From: Macrostomum hystrix
Lineage: Eukaryota; Animalia; Platyhelminthes
Assembly (NCBI GenBank): GCA_950097015.1
Contig: CATNEN010000001.1
Span: 2,046,001 to 2,110,000 of the forward strand
Reading direction: 5' to 3'
DNA length: 64,000 bases
Position numbers and translations under genes: made by a program. Positions 25,601 through 37,708 of the stretch are shown here, one piece after another; the stretch's first letter is position 1, and the number at the start of each line of letters is the position of its first letter. A model generated the notes under the pieces. It did not search any database, was not told the origin of the DNA, and saw only the letters and a program-made list of their open reading frames with translations.

Positions 25601-26924
25601 TCCAGGAAGTGCTGCTGAGCAGAATGCTCCTCTACAAGTTTAACAGTGAGCCTTCAGAATTAAATTGTTAAGTTTTGTATTAAATTTTTCACAGCATTTA
25701 ACGTTTTTTACGGTAGAATCATGTTCACTGTTGTCCCCTGATTTCACAAGGAGCATTCTCAAACATGTGCTGCTTCCTAAATTGTACGCTGATTATCAAA
25801 AAAGCACTACGACGAACTTTTATACCGCCTATTAGCAGAGAATTTTCCACGCTAACTTAATAAACTTTGGACGCAGTTTCGTTGGAAAATAAAATTATTA
25901 TCAGTCCTCAGCTTAAAGCCTGTAAACTGAATTCACACAATCGCTGAAACTGTCTCTCAGATTCCAACTCGGGCAGGCTGGGCTCCATCCAGCAGCTGTC
26001 AATCAACTTCACCGGCTGCTACAGCATCAACGCCTGGGGCGCTGCGGGCGGCTCTAACAGCTTCACCGACACAACTGGCGGCAGCGGAGCCTTCATGTCG
26101 GGCCGCTTCAACCTGATTGCCGGCGTCCAGCTGTCGATTCTCGTTGGTCAGGCCGGTGGCGCAGCCGCCGACAACAGCAGCGGCGGCGGCGGAGGAGGTG
26201 GCAGCTTCGTGTATGTCAACGGTGCCAATCGCCCACTGGTAGCGGCGGGAGGCGGAGGAGGGGCGTCAATCCCCCACTCAGGTCGGTTTTTCTAACAAAG
26301 CTGGCATTAATTGTAAACTAGAGCGTCCCCGAGCTCGTACAAAAAATTTTTTTGGGCTGCTCGCAAAGGTACATTATTCGGTGATACTAGATTCAGCCAG
26401 CGAAGAGACGAATTTTCCCAGTAGCCAGCTGACTCCTAAACACACATGCCCATAGATAATGTACGCAGTCACTCACACAGGTGTGTACATCTTCCCTGAC
26501 TTTCTCATCGTCAGGTATTGCACACTCTCACTGTGCCTTGGTGGTTTGCCCACAAGGGCAAACGGCTGGAGCAAACGGCTGCGGAATCGAGCTCAGGGAC
26601 CTTAGCGCTAAATGCAATAAGCATCAACACTGTAAAACGCGAGAATTATAAAAGCGAATTCACAAATAAAACCCTGGCAGTACTCACTGTACCATTCACA
26701 ATTAAATATGAGTTATATCGCTTTCTACTTTGGTTTACGAGCGTCCACTTCAGTTTTTCTTAAGGAATTTTCGGTCCCGCGTGTCGCTTGGAGTCTGTGG
26801 TATTGTCTGTCTCAGGCTGAGGTTCAAATGTTATCAAATAGAATGCCTGTGTTCAAAGCCCTCCTGCAAATGTTACTATAAGCAGTAGGAGTTGGAGTAG
26901 TACTCACTTGAATGAAACACTCCC
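22239..26924 (+). repeat. Direct segmental duplication of 1-3777, plus the Crypton insertion
   Basis: Near-identical sequence at constant offsets 22238 (before the insertion) and 23143 (after it). Confidence 0.95.
23244..24092 (+). mobile_element. Crypton (DUF3504/ZMYM-QRICH1-KCTD1-type tyrosine recombinase transposon) 5' fragment
   Basis: ORFs 23454-23909 and 23913-24104 are in the same frame, split by one TAG: TRAKDKWAVKVFRTW..ELLQFFVFKIRKENGEKYPPGSL..MIQHY..F..RRALDAAM..APIAAVDEASLWDRGMLGDSTPKKLL. The 5' end is a roughly 135-bp imperfect hairpin around gaggcgagcgaagcga. Confidence 0.8.
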
Positions 26925-27503
26925 TCTTGGGGGAATAAGGGAAACATAAGCTCTTGGTCCAATTCTAAAACGATATTCGGCAGAAAAGATAAGCAGTTGA
27001 ATCTGCACTCATTATTAGGTACAGCGGGACAAGCTGGAGTGAACGGATCTGACTCGAGCGCTGCCATTGTTAAAAAGGGATTTGGAGGCGCCAATGGCAA
27101 TCCTGGCTACAATGACCCGAGCAGCACCGCATTCGATTGCAACCACGGCGGCTGCGGTGCCGGCTGGCTCGGAAAGTCACAAAATCTTCGTCGAAGCGTC
27201 TCAGATGGTGATCGAGGCAGCAGCTTTGCCGAGGGCTGGGTCGGGGGCGTCACCGGGAACGGAAACACCGGCGATGGCGGCTTCGGAGGCGGCGGCGGAG
27301 CTGGCGGAACAGACAACGCCAGGATCGGAGCTGCCGGTGCTGGCGGCGGCTTCAGCGGAGGCGGCGCCGGTCTCGGAATCCATCACGCCGGTGGAGGAGG
27401 CGGCTCGTATTGCGACGGCCTCGACTGCGTCGGTGTCACTGGTGGCAACGGAGCCACTCAGCAGGGCCGAGTGACACTGCAGCTGTTGTCCTACTTCTGC
27501 TGA
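25103..27503 (+). CDS. Chimeric PAN + ALK-like Gly-rich protein, intact, 397 aa (exons 25103-25142, 25298-25645, 25961-26281, 27019-27503): A-type exons 1-3 with 'SYFC'-type exon 4
   Basis: Splices in frame; intron 3 switches at about 26924 from A-type sequence to sequence like that preceding exon 4 at 54752 and 62866. Confidence 0.85.
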
Positions 27504-29714
27504 TGCAACTGTATGCAATTACCGAATAATTCTCACTCCGTTACATCGGAGAGCATGCTTAAAACTACCGCCTTGAAAATCATTTGAAAAAATCTAGATT
27601 TGTAGTATTTTCTATCATATTTCCTGATCTGATCACGTCACTGCTGACTGTCGGGTCGATCGTGAGAGGGCCGGAGGAGCGGACGAAGCGGCTGCAGCTG
27701 GTGATTGTGTTAACCAGGGACACTGAATAGCGAATCAAGGAGAGAAATGTGGGTCAGCGATTTCCTGAGAGGCATAACTAAGGCGCTATACATTATATTT
27801 GTGATGACAAGCGACTATGTTTTGAATACTTCAAAAATCATAGAATTTTGTGTGCGAGCAAAGCACACATACTATTTTGATACAGGTTATTTTTACCTGT
27901 CTCCTAATTATACTATATCTAACACAGTCGTTTCTGCCTCTACCACAGGTTTAACAACTACAATTCTGAGCGTAAAGCAATCCTATTGTTTTTTCATAAT
28001 GCATAAGGGACAATCACTGGTTCATTTCTCACACAATGCTCACTCAATTCTCACACAAATGTTTGTTTGTTTGACATCGAAACTTTTATACCAAGCTATA
28101 TTTTTTAAGAAATGAAAACTGTACAATGCAATGTGCGAATCAATTTCGGTCCAGTCCGGTTAACAAAGAAAATTCAAAGACGCTTCTAACATAGCTAAAA
28201 CACATTGATATGGCGGCTTGCACCCCCATGGCTAACTGACTGTTCAAATATGCTTTCTAAGCCTTAATGTACATAGCCTCGAGAATGTTTAACTTGTTTT
28301 CTTGGCTACAGGAATGAATCACTTTAAACATATCACAACAGTTCTTATTGCAACAGGAGTTACACGAGAGAATCGATGGCAGAATTTCTAATAAAATTTA
28401 TCTCGTCTAGCATGCACGCTAGTACTGTAGTCAAGGCTGCAACAAAGACTCGAAAATTCGTTTTGGAATCATCATTAGCGGTTCTTCAGGAGTGATTTAG
28501 GCATAGTGACGGTGAGTTATTAGTGACTAACAACTGGTCAATGTCTAGTGATTAGTTATAGAGAAGTGGGTCAATGACATATGAGATCCATCACAAAAAT
28601 TTTTATCCCAAAAACACTCATCACTAACACAACCATCACAAACATCCATCATCCAACATCTAAATCCATTACAAACTTTCATCGCAATACACCCATCAGA
28701 AACATATTCATCACAAACACATTCATCAGAAACATATTCATCACAAGCACATTCATCACATACACATTCATTACGAACACATTCATTACGAACACATTCA
28801 TCACAAGCGCATCCATCACAAGCGCATCCATCACAAGCGCATCCATCACAAACACATCCATCACAAGCGCATCCATCACAAGCGCATCCATCACAAACAC
28901 ATCCATCACAACCACATCCATCACAAGCGCATCCATCACAAACACATCCATCACAAGCGCATCCATCACAAGCGCATCCATCACAACCACATCCATCACA
29001 AGCGCATCCATCACAAACACATCCATCACAAGCGCATCCATCACAAGCGCATCCATCACAAGCGCATCCATCACAAGCGCATCCATCACAAACACAAGCT
29101 GACATGTACCCAATTGGCGCTCATGATATTTTCGCACAATGCCTTTCCGGCTGCGAGGCTTAGAAACCATTGTCAGTCGATAAACAGAGGATATGCTACG
29201 GTGTGGGAATTCTGGTAACATAACGATTAAAGCGCACGTTTTGACTTCTTTTGGAACAACAACGAAGTGAAATGTTTCGTTTGCTGCGCAGACAACCAGT
29301 TTTCTGTGGATAGGAAGCTGAGATGTATTTTTTCAGTGCCAATGTTCCACGTGCCTAAGTGCGAAATACGAGTAGGTGCATCTCAACTACATCATTCCAA
29401 AAAAATAATCTCAAAGATATCTATTCCGAAGACGTGCATCCCAAAGATACATCCCAAAGCGGTACAAGATAACATCGCACAAGATCACATACCACAGGCA
29501 TACGAGCGTACATGCCAAAGTTAAATAACTTAACAAAGTTACCAGAATCAAATCGAAAGCGATACAAAATAACATAGCAAAGTGCATCCCAAAACTAAAA
29601 GCAACAATACGTTCTCGCGAAAAATTTCCATCCTAAGACGTCCATTCAAAAGACAAATCTCACAGTCACCAACCCATAGAAATAATCAAATGCTGAGACA
29701 TCAGACATCAGACA

Positions 29715-30538
29715 TCAGTAGTAGGAAAACAGCCGCAGTACCACTCGACTCTGCTGAGTGACTCCGTTGTCACCAGAGACGCCAACGCAGTCGAGGCCAT
29801 CGCAATACGAGCCACCTCCACCGCCGGCGTGATGGATTTCGACACCGGCGCCGCCTGCGCTGAAGCCGCCGCCCGCACCTCCAGCACCGGCTGTCTGTTC
29901 TGTCAATGCTGGTATCTGCGATTCATGGTCATTAGTTAAGAAAATGCTAAAAGCATTGTTTCTTTTGGAACAGAACCCACTTTTAAACTCGATGGTGATG
30001 TTAAGCCGATCCTCATCCTGATGACGTTCTCGATGTCGACTGCTTTCCAAACGACGGCATCGGACTCAGAGCCCAGCGACCTCCACACGTGACTCCCTGG
30101 CGGTCCGGCAGTCAGCGAGGCGTCCTTGATCAGTGGCTGCTGGCACACGAGGCTGCTCTGCAGAAGGCTCACTGCGACGCAGCCCCTCATGCGACATCGG
30201 AGCAGGCAGTCTTGGACCGAGGCCGAGCTGGCCTCGCTGAATCACGTCACTGCTGACGGTCGGGTCGATCGTAACAGGGCCGGAGGAGCGGACGAAGCGA
30301 CCGCAGCTGGCCTCCGCATTCGTCAGCAAGGCTGCAGAGTAAATGAGTTCATTATTTTTTTGGGGATCATGTCCAGAGTGAGTAGAGTGATCAACAATCT
30401 AGTATCTGCAAGATTTACTAAAATGGGTCATGGTTGAATTAGTCCAAAGTAGATCTGGTTTGATCGCTTATTACTCAAATATTATATCAAAAAGAACTCA
30501 CCGCCCAAAGCTAGACAATGTTGGATGCGAATGTACAT
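29715..30538 (-). pseudogene. Inverted copy of the 6105-7497 pseudogene with an internal deletion fusing the start of exon 3 to the end of exon 4
   Basis: Junction ataccagcattgac|agaacagacagccggtgctgg at about 29900; shares the gtgattcagc frameshift. Confidence 0.85.
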
Positions 30539-31373
30539 GTCAAAGCGCTTTCACAATCAAGCTGCGAATTTCACGCTGAATTTTTCAGGCTTTTTGCCTC
30601 AGCTTTTATAGCAATGCTTACCCACTCTACAGCTTATTTCAACGGTTTTGCTGCAGCTTTTCGCTGTCGTCTGTTGAATAGGAGTTGAATCTCGTAGTTT
30701 AGTCTAACATTTGTAAAAAAATTGCAAAAATTTAGGCTTTCAACCCGCTCGTTCCGCCTTTTTTTAACTCAGTTATTCGAGTTCCTTTAAAACTAAATTC
30801 GTGCGTAAGAAGGTCAGGCAAAGATAATTTTTTGTTTTTTCGCTTGTCAATTATTTTTACAGGAAATATATTTTCTAATACAAAATTTGAGAAAAGTATG
30901 TTATCCTTCGTCAAACTCTGCCAACTGCAACCTCACGGTAGCTCCCAAGCCGAGTGACCAATTTTCGTGAGTGTCCACCACATGGATCTAAGTTTTCCAC
31001 TTTTTACGATGAACTAACTTTCGAAGCCGACCGAGTCAGCATCGTCGAGATATTCGGCGAGTTTTCTCAAAGACCTAGCTGACAAGGACAAATAACATTG
31101 ATTACTATAAACCTTAATGTCACCATATTGGTACAATTATAAAAAAACTAAGAATACAATCAATGCATCACAGCCAACAATAATATCGCATATAAAACCA
31201 TGATGAAAATTTGTGGGCAGAAATATGATGCCACTGTGACGTTGTCACTTGTTGCAAGCGCCCCTATTAGGTTAAATTTATGTGGTTCTAACTTGGGCCG
31301 TTTAACTAATGTCATTTAACTATCACCAACTTCTGCGGTCTCGTATAATCATTTAAAATTGTCAGAGTACTAC

Positions 31374-31870
31374 TGTAAGTAGACGCCAATGTACGAGCTA
31401 CATCGCGCCACCCTAGCTTGTTTTCTACACGCGTTTCAATGTTAACTACCCCGGCCAATGAGCGTGCGAGCTCTTTCTGACTAGATTTATCGATCGCTCT
31501 GTTTATTCGGCGGGCTAGTTTATTTAACTAGGCCCCCGAGCCCGATCGCGCTTCACCTTCCTTCCGTCCTTCCTTCCTTCCTTCCTTCCTTTCTCTGTCT
31601 CGTTAACCCGGCTCTTGAACCTCTCGTCCCGTCCACTGTTATTTGCACTGTTATTCGTCCTGTCAATTACTTCCCCACTACTAGTTATTGCACCTGTCGC
31701 ATTGTTACCATTGAGCTCCTGCGCCTGACCAAATCATCCTGCTTGTCGTATGTCCCAGTGCGAATAAACGAGATCAATCTAAAAGTGCTACCGCTACATA
31801 GACTTACGAGGATTCTAACTACAATTGGGATTGAGTTTCGCCTGACTCCGTTGCCAGTTATTTCGTCACA
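31374..31870 (+). mobile_element. Solo LTR-like element (duplicate of 4771-5267)
   Basis: TGTAAG...GTCACA; AATAAA at about 31764. Confidence 0.55.
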
Positions 31871-31943
31871 CCACGACTCGTTGAATCGTTGAATATCTCA
31901 AATATTCAAATGCCGATGTTTCGTTATTCTGGAAATCGTTTTA

Positions 31944-34900
31944 TGATGTGGAATGTGCTGCGGGAATCGAGTGGGAATGTGAGCCAGCAGAATTTTTCAA
32001 ATTTTTAAGTATCTAATAATTGCGACCCACATAGCAGCTGGCCACAAACAAGATCATTAATCTTAGGGCCGGGTTTGGGGCGGCGGTGAATTAAGTAGCC
32101 GTCGAATCCCTTTTCCCTGGATCTGTCTAGACCCCTGTAGGAATGACTGATCGCGGCCATAACTCTACTGTATGAGCTAGTCTAGGTCATAATTCTCCTC
32201 CAAACCGCGATCAGATATTGGGAATCACTCGGGCATTATGAGTGATCATTAATTCTTCATGTCCCCACTTCTTTACAGTATTCGAGCCCAGCTCGACTTT
32301 ATGACCTCCCTCCTTTAGATACATGTAAATGTCACTGTAGGCAGGTCGGCGCCTGCGCTTCCCATTGTCCCGGCGGAGTAACAATCGTTGGCCGACTGCC
32401 GGCGGCTGTTCGCGCAGAACATCTGTCGTTTCCCGCCGTCGGTTCATTGGGTAATCGGGGTGGCCCATCGCCGCTTCGATTCCCCGTTGATAGGCTGGCG
32501 CGAATGTGGGTTATTTTGATGGATGACGAGGTCGGCGTGCTGCACGACTATTTAAGCAAGCGCGCTGCGCTGCTCCCTCTAGGACCTCGACCTTCCCGGC
32601 GGACTATCTCTTCTCCCCCGCCGGACTTACCTCTGCCGGGCCGGACTCCCACCGGACCCAGAGCCCGTCTTTTCCGGACCCAAATCTCCACGTAGGGCTT
32701 AGACCCTTGAGCCTAGAGCTCTGCTCAGCTACACAGGCCCATTGCCTGTCCCCATTCCCCTAAAGCGCAAGCCACCTCTTTAGGTGAGTACTAAATCGAG
32801 CCACTGAGCTCCTAGTGTGTTGGCCCCTGCCAACTCGCAGTAGTTTTCCCCTTCTCTGCCTTGCTGCTTTGCCCTACCCTTTCCCCGAGAACGACGGAAC
32901 TGCAGCACGCGGCCAAGCGACATCAGATAAGTAACCCGCGCAGCGGTCTGTGATTATTACTCCTAAGGGACTAGTACTTTTAGTTAGGCGGCCAATTAGT
33001 GGGCGGGAAACTTAGGATTTGGTGGCTTAATAAACACAACTAACCTAGCCAATTTTAATAACAATAAATCCTTTCACTATGCCGTTCTCTTAACTTTATT
33101 TTTATCTTAGACAGCCCTCAGATATGAGTGGCTAATTTCCTAGGGGGTGGGCTCTGGTGATGCCGAGCCGAAGGTTGCGGCAGGAAGGCAACTGTAAGCG
33201 CGCATAAGAGTAATAAGGAGCTAGGGATTCGCGAGCAAAATGCGGAGTGTAGGACGTGCATTTCCTCCCAGGAGGTCGGGGAATCCTGGCCGGCTTTCTT
33301 TCTTCCTCTCGGGCGGGTTCAAGGTGTACGTGTCGAACTCCCTTTCCAATGGAGTGTTCCCCTATCCCCCTCTCGCAACTGCGGCCTTGACTTACTTGAC
33401 TTAGCTGCAGGGGGCATCTTCCGGATGCAGCGGGGAGGCGTTGCCGCCCATTCCGCTAGCCCCTGGCGACCACGGGCAACTAGAGCTGCGGTGTCGCGCA
33501 GGGGGATCCGGTGGTGCCGGCGTCCGCAGCGCGATCCTCCTCCGGAGTGTCCAGGAGGTGGAGGGTTGCTCGCCCGGTGGCCCTCAGGTATCGGACGAGC
33601 TGGCAGATGTTCTCAGGCCTGAAAACGTCGGGGAGATCCGGGTTTGGGCCGAGATAGGTGAGCCGGTCCTGAGTGAAGGCGGGGCAGTCGCAAATGAAAT
33701 GCTCTGCATCCTCAACATAGGAGAGGCAGAAGGGGCATTCCTCACTGCGGATTTTGCCTTGCAGGAAGCGGTGCCTGGCGAAACAGCCATGGCCAGAGAG
33801 GGCCATGGTAACTGCCCTGATGTCCTTGCGGTTCAGTCCAAGCAAGGCTTTGCGAAGGGCAGTGGAGGGACAAGGGACAGCAGCGCGAGACTGCCGACAA
33901 TCGGCGGTATTGATCAATCTGTCCTTGTGCTTTGAGGTCACCCACTGGTTAATCCGAGTGTTGACGACGGCGGTAGGGGTGGAGACCGCAGGCACGGGGC
34001 CAAAAAGCGAACCCGTCGAACCGGCCTTGGCGAGGCTGTCGGCCAATTCGTTACCAGGGTGGCCAGAGTGCCCTGGAATCCACCTTAGGGACACCTTGTT
34101 GTGGGTCCCTAAGCGGTTGAGTTGCGCGACGCAGTCGAGGACTGTGCGCGAGCAGGTGTGCGTGCGTCCAAGGGCATGGATCGCCGCCTGGCTGTCCGAG
34201 TGGAGGAAGATTTCTGCTCCGTGGACGTTTTGGTTGATCAGCTCCAGGGCGCAGGAGCTGATGGCGAGAACTTCGTTCTGGAAAACGGTAGAGTTTATGC
34301 AGGTGTGCTGGGAGAAGGTCGCCACAGTTTTCCCTCCGGACATAATGCAGTAGCCGAAACCAGAGACCGAGTTGATTTGCGATCCGTCGGTGAAGCAGTG
34401 AATTTCACGGGGTTGGCCGTGGTCACGTACTTCCTGGCGAGGCGGAATGCTGGTTTTGAATTTTTGCGGTGGGCACAGCGTCGACGGGATTCCGTCGGAG
34501 AGAATTTTGAGACCTCCTGCTGCGTCCAGGTCCCGTAGGCTGAGGTCGCCATGGGGCTGGAGGTTCCGCTTGCTGAAGGCAAGTTGCTTCCGGATGGAGA
34601 TGCCCGCGTCCAGAAGACGACGAGCCGTCTTCATCGCCTCCCCCTTGATAAAAAGATCTAAAGGGGGAAGGTCCAGGAAGGCATTCATGCCAGCGAGGGG
34701 GGTGGAGGGTGCCGCACTCATGATGGCTCGACAAGCACGGCCCTGCACCTTGTTTAGGGCCTCCAGGACCCCTTTGGTCTCCAGGGCACTATTCCAGATG
34801 AAGCCGGCAAAAGAGATGGCCGGTCTTACAATGGTAGTGTAAATCCACCAGAGACGGCGGGGGGTGAGGCCCCAGGTGGCGCCGAAGGCTCTGCGGATCT

Positions 34901-37396
34901 GCGCGAGCGTCGCAAGAGCTTTACGGGTTTTGAATTTGACGTGAGGTGTCCAGCTCAACCTGTGGTCGAGGATGACACCTAAGCATTTGGTTTGCTTCTC
35001 CATGGCGATGGGTTTGTCATAGAGAAGGAGAGGCTCAATCCTCCAGTTTCGTTTGCTGGTGAACATAATGGCGACGGTCTTGGACTCAGAGAGTTTGAGG
35101 CCGCAGCTATTGGCCCAGCGCTCGGCACGGTGGATGAAAGCTTGCAAAAGGTCTCTAAGGACCGGGGGTGACGGTCCGGCCACGGTGGCGGTGACGTCGT
35201 CAGCATAGCCGATTTTTTGGACCGGGTCCGGGTCAGGGCTGCAGAGCAGCTCGTCCATGACAAGGTTCCAAAGGATCGGACTGAGAACGCCACCCTGCGG
35301 GCCTCCCTTCTGGACATTCACAGAACGGGAGTGTCCAAGCAGGTGCGAGGTGGCAGTTCGGTGAGAGATCATAAACATGATCCAGCGGGTGAGGTGCTCG
35401 TGCGTAGCCCGGCGTTCCAGGGCTCGCCTAAAGGCTCCGAAGAGCACATTGTCGAAGGCACCATCAATGTCGAGGAAAAGCTAGAGAGCAAAACCGGTGC
35501 CAAGCACGGCGCGCTCCAGCTTGTCGACAATGGCATGCAGAGCACTTTCGATGGAACGTCCGGATCGAAAAGCGTGCTGGTTGGCGGAGAGCGGGGAGTT
35601 CCTCAGCTCAACGTGAAGGAGGCGCCAAAGAACAAGCCTTTCAAGCAGCTTAAGAAAGAAAGATGTTAAGCTGATGGGGCGGAAGGCTTTGGCGGAGTGG
35701 TAGTCTCCCTTCCCAGGTTTGGGGATGAAGACGATAGTGGCTTCCTGCCAAGACCTGGGTACGTACCCGAGGGTGATGCAGGCCTTGAACAGGTTGCAGA
35801 GGAGGCCGAGGAACCTGTCATTTTTCACCGCTTCATGTAGGAAGGCGGGGTAAATGTTGTCAGGTCCAGGCGACTTAAAAGGCGAGAAGGAGTTTGCAGC
35901 GCGAGCTGTCCGTTCTCTAGTGATAATAGTTGTCGCAAGGATGTGTCCACCCGGAGTGTGGTCCGGCGGGTCCTGAAGCGGCGCAGTCTGGGGGAAGGCG
36001 CTGGCGAGCATGATGTCCAGCGATTCGCCAGGATTCTCAGCAAGCCGGCCGTCCGGTCTTTTGATCACTGAGAGCTTCGACATTTTGTCAAGAGTGAGCG
36101 CTTTTACGACGCGAGAAGTTGGGCGGGCGCCCTCCAGCTCGGAGCAGTATTGGCGCCACTTTTCGGACTTCGCTTTCCTGGTGTCACGCTTAAAGTCACG
36201 AATCGCATTCTGGTAGGCGGTCAGGTCAGCTGGGTCCTTGCTTTTCCGCGCAATCCGCTGGAGGGATTTGGCCTTTCGCCGGAGGGTTCCAAGCGCTGGG
36301 TTCCACCAGGGAGCGGATTTTTTGCCTTTGTAGGCTTTAAGGGGGCAAGAGGTTTCATGAGCTGTCAAGATGGTCATGCTGAGTAGATCAGCCAGATCGT
36401 CCACTTCTTGACAGGTGGCAGGAACAACGGATTCTAACTGGTTGGTCTGGCGCTTCACGGATTCCGCAAAGGCCGTCCAGTCAGTATTCCGGGCGTTCCT
36501 TTTCCACAGAATACCAGGCTTGGAGTCGCAACTGCGGCCACGGGAGCGAGAGTGATGATCTAATAATCTTGCGCTTGCGTAATCACTCAGCCAGTGTTCC
36601 GCTAAATCTCTCCAGCCTCTGATCTCCTCATCTCGCACAGATTCGGATTTGTTAGTGACTTAATTTGTAGGCTGCAGTCTAATGTAAAGAATGTGTCTGA
36701 TGTTTCATGAATGGGATTCCGGCTATGGATTCTCATTCGAGTTCTGAGTACCACCTTTCTAGACCCCTGTAGCGCGAATTCAGGAATCCCCTTTTGAGGC
36801 GTGTCTCGATCCATTCTGGGGCTCTCACCCCAGTCTAAAACGGAAGTTGCAGAATGCCCTATTTTTCGGCTTGTCTAGATCTGCGTGATAAACTAGGAGC
36901 TGTGTACTCCGGGGACCCAAGTTCCCAAATGCCTGCGGTGGCAACGTAGGCGCATTGGGTGGTGGCGCTACCCTCGATCAACTATCCGCTTTGCCGATAG
37001 CCTTTCCGCAGTTCTGTGACAGGAGCCTAGGCCGATTCGACCACCGCTACCAAGGTTGGGAGTCAGTTGCGCACGCACTACTGACGGCAGTAGACTAGTT
37101 AGCCCTGTCCTGTCCGATTCAGGGCAGTCCGACACCTCTCCTTAGACTTTTAGCCGGTTTCGAGCACTGCTTGGGTTAGGCACGGCTGTCATGCCTGTGG
37201 CCTATGGGACGAGTGGGACTGGCCAGCCTGAGGCCGATAGGACCACTCCCTGCATCCGCTGAACCTCCCTTCATCTCCTCTCTCTCTCCGCGAAATCTCG
37301 CGTGTAGCTAAGCGGTCATTTAAGTCGACTCTGTCGCCCGCCCTAGGAATCTCTCATGAGTGCAGGTCAGCGCTTGCAAAAGACCCAACCATTTCA
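31944..37396. mobile_element. LTR-like insertion (about 2.3 kb after removing the nested LINE), probably a large solo LTR
   Basis: Termini TGATGTGG...CCATTTCA; 4-bp TSD TTTA (31940-43 / 37397-400); empty site at about 4699-4702. Confidence 0.7.
33387..36525 (-). mobile_element. 5'-truncated non-LTR retrotransposon (RT-RNaseH-CCHC, LOA/Lian-like)
   Basis: Motifs [57 protein letters not shown]; one in-frame TAG at 35481; 14-bp TSD tcgcaactgcggcc (33373-86 / 36526-39); TAAGTCAAG repeat tail. Confidence 0.93.
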
Positions 37397-37708
37397 TTTA
37401 CCGTAAACCACAGATACTACAGTATCTATAATAACCATAGTTATTATAGTATCTGTGCCGTAAACAAACAAATTTTTCGTTATAGTTCTGGATCTTCATG
37501 GCGATTCGTTGAACACTTTCGGAGATGCAGAAAAAGGAAAAGTGGGTATTTTCAAATACCCGAAGTGGTCTTTCTATTGTTCATTCCTTCGTAATGGAAA
37601 GTTTTTTAAAAGGACATAAACTGTAAATTAACAGTACAGTTTTCATTCGTATTTACTCGTGATCGTGATTCCGAATGAAATCTATACGGTTGTGTGAAGC
37701 ACACAAAA

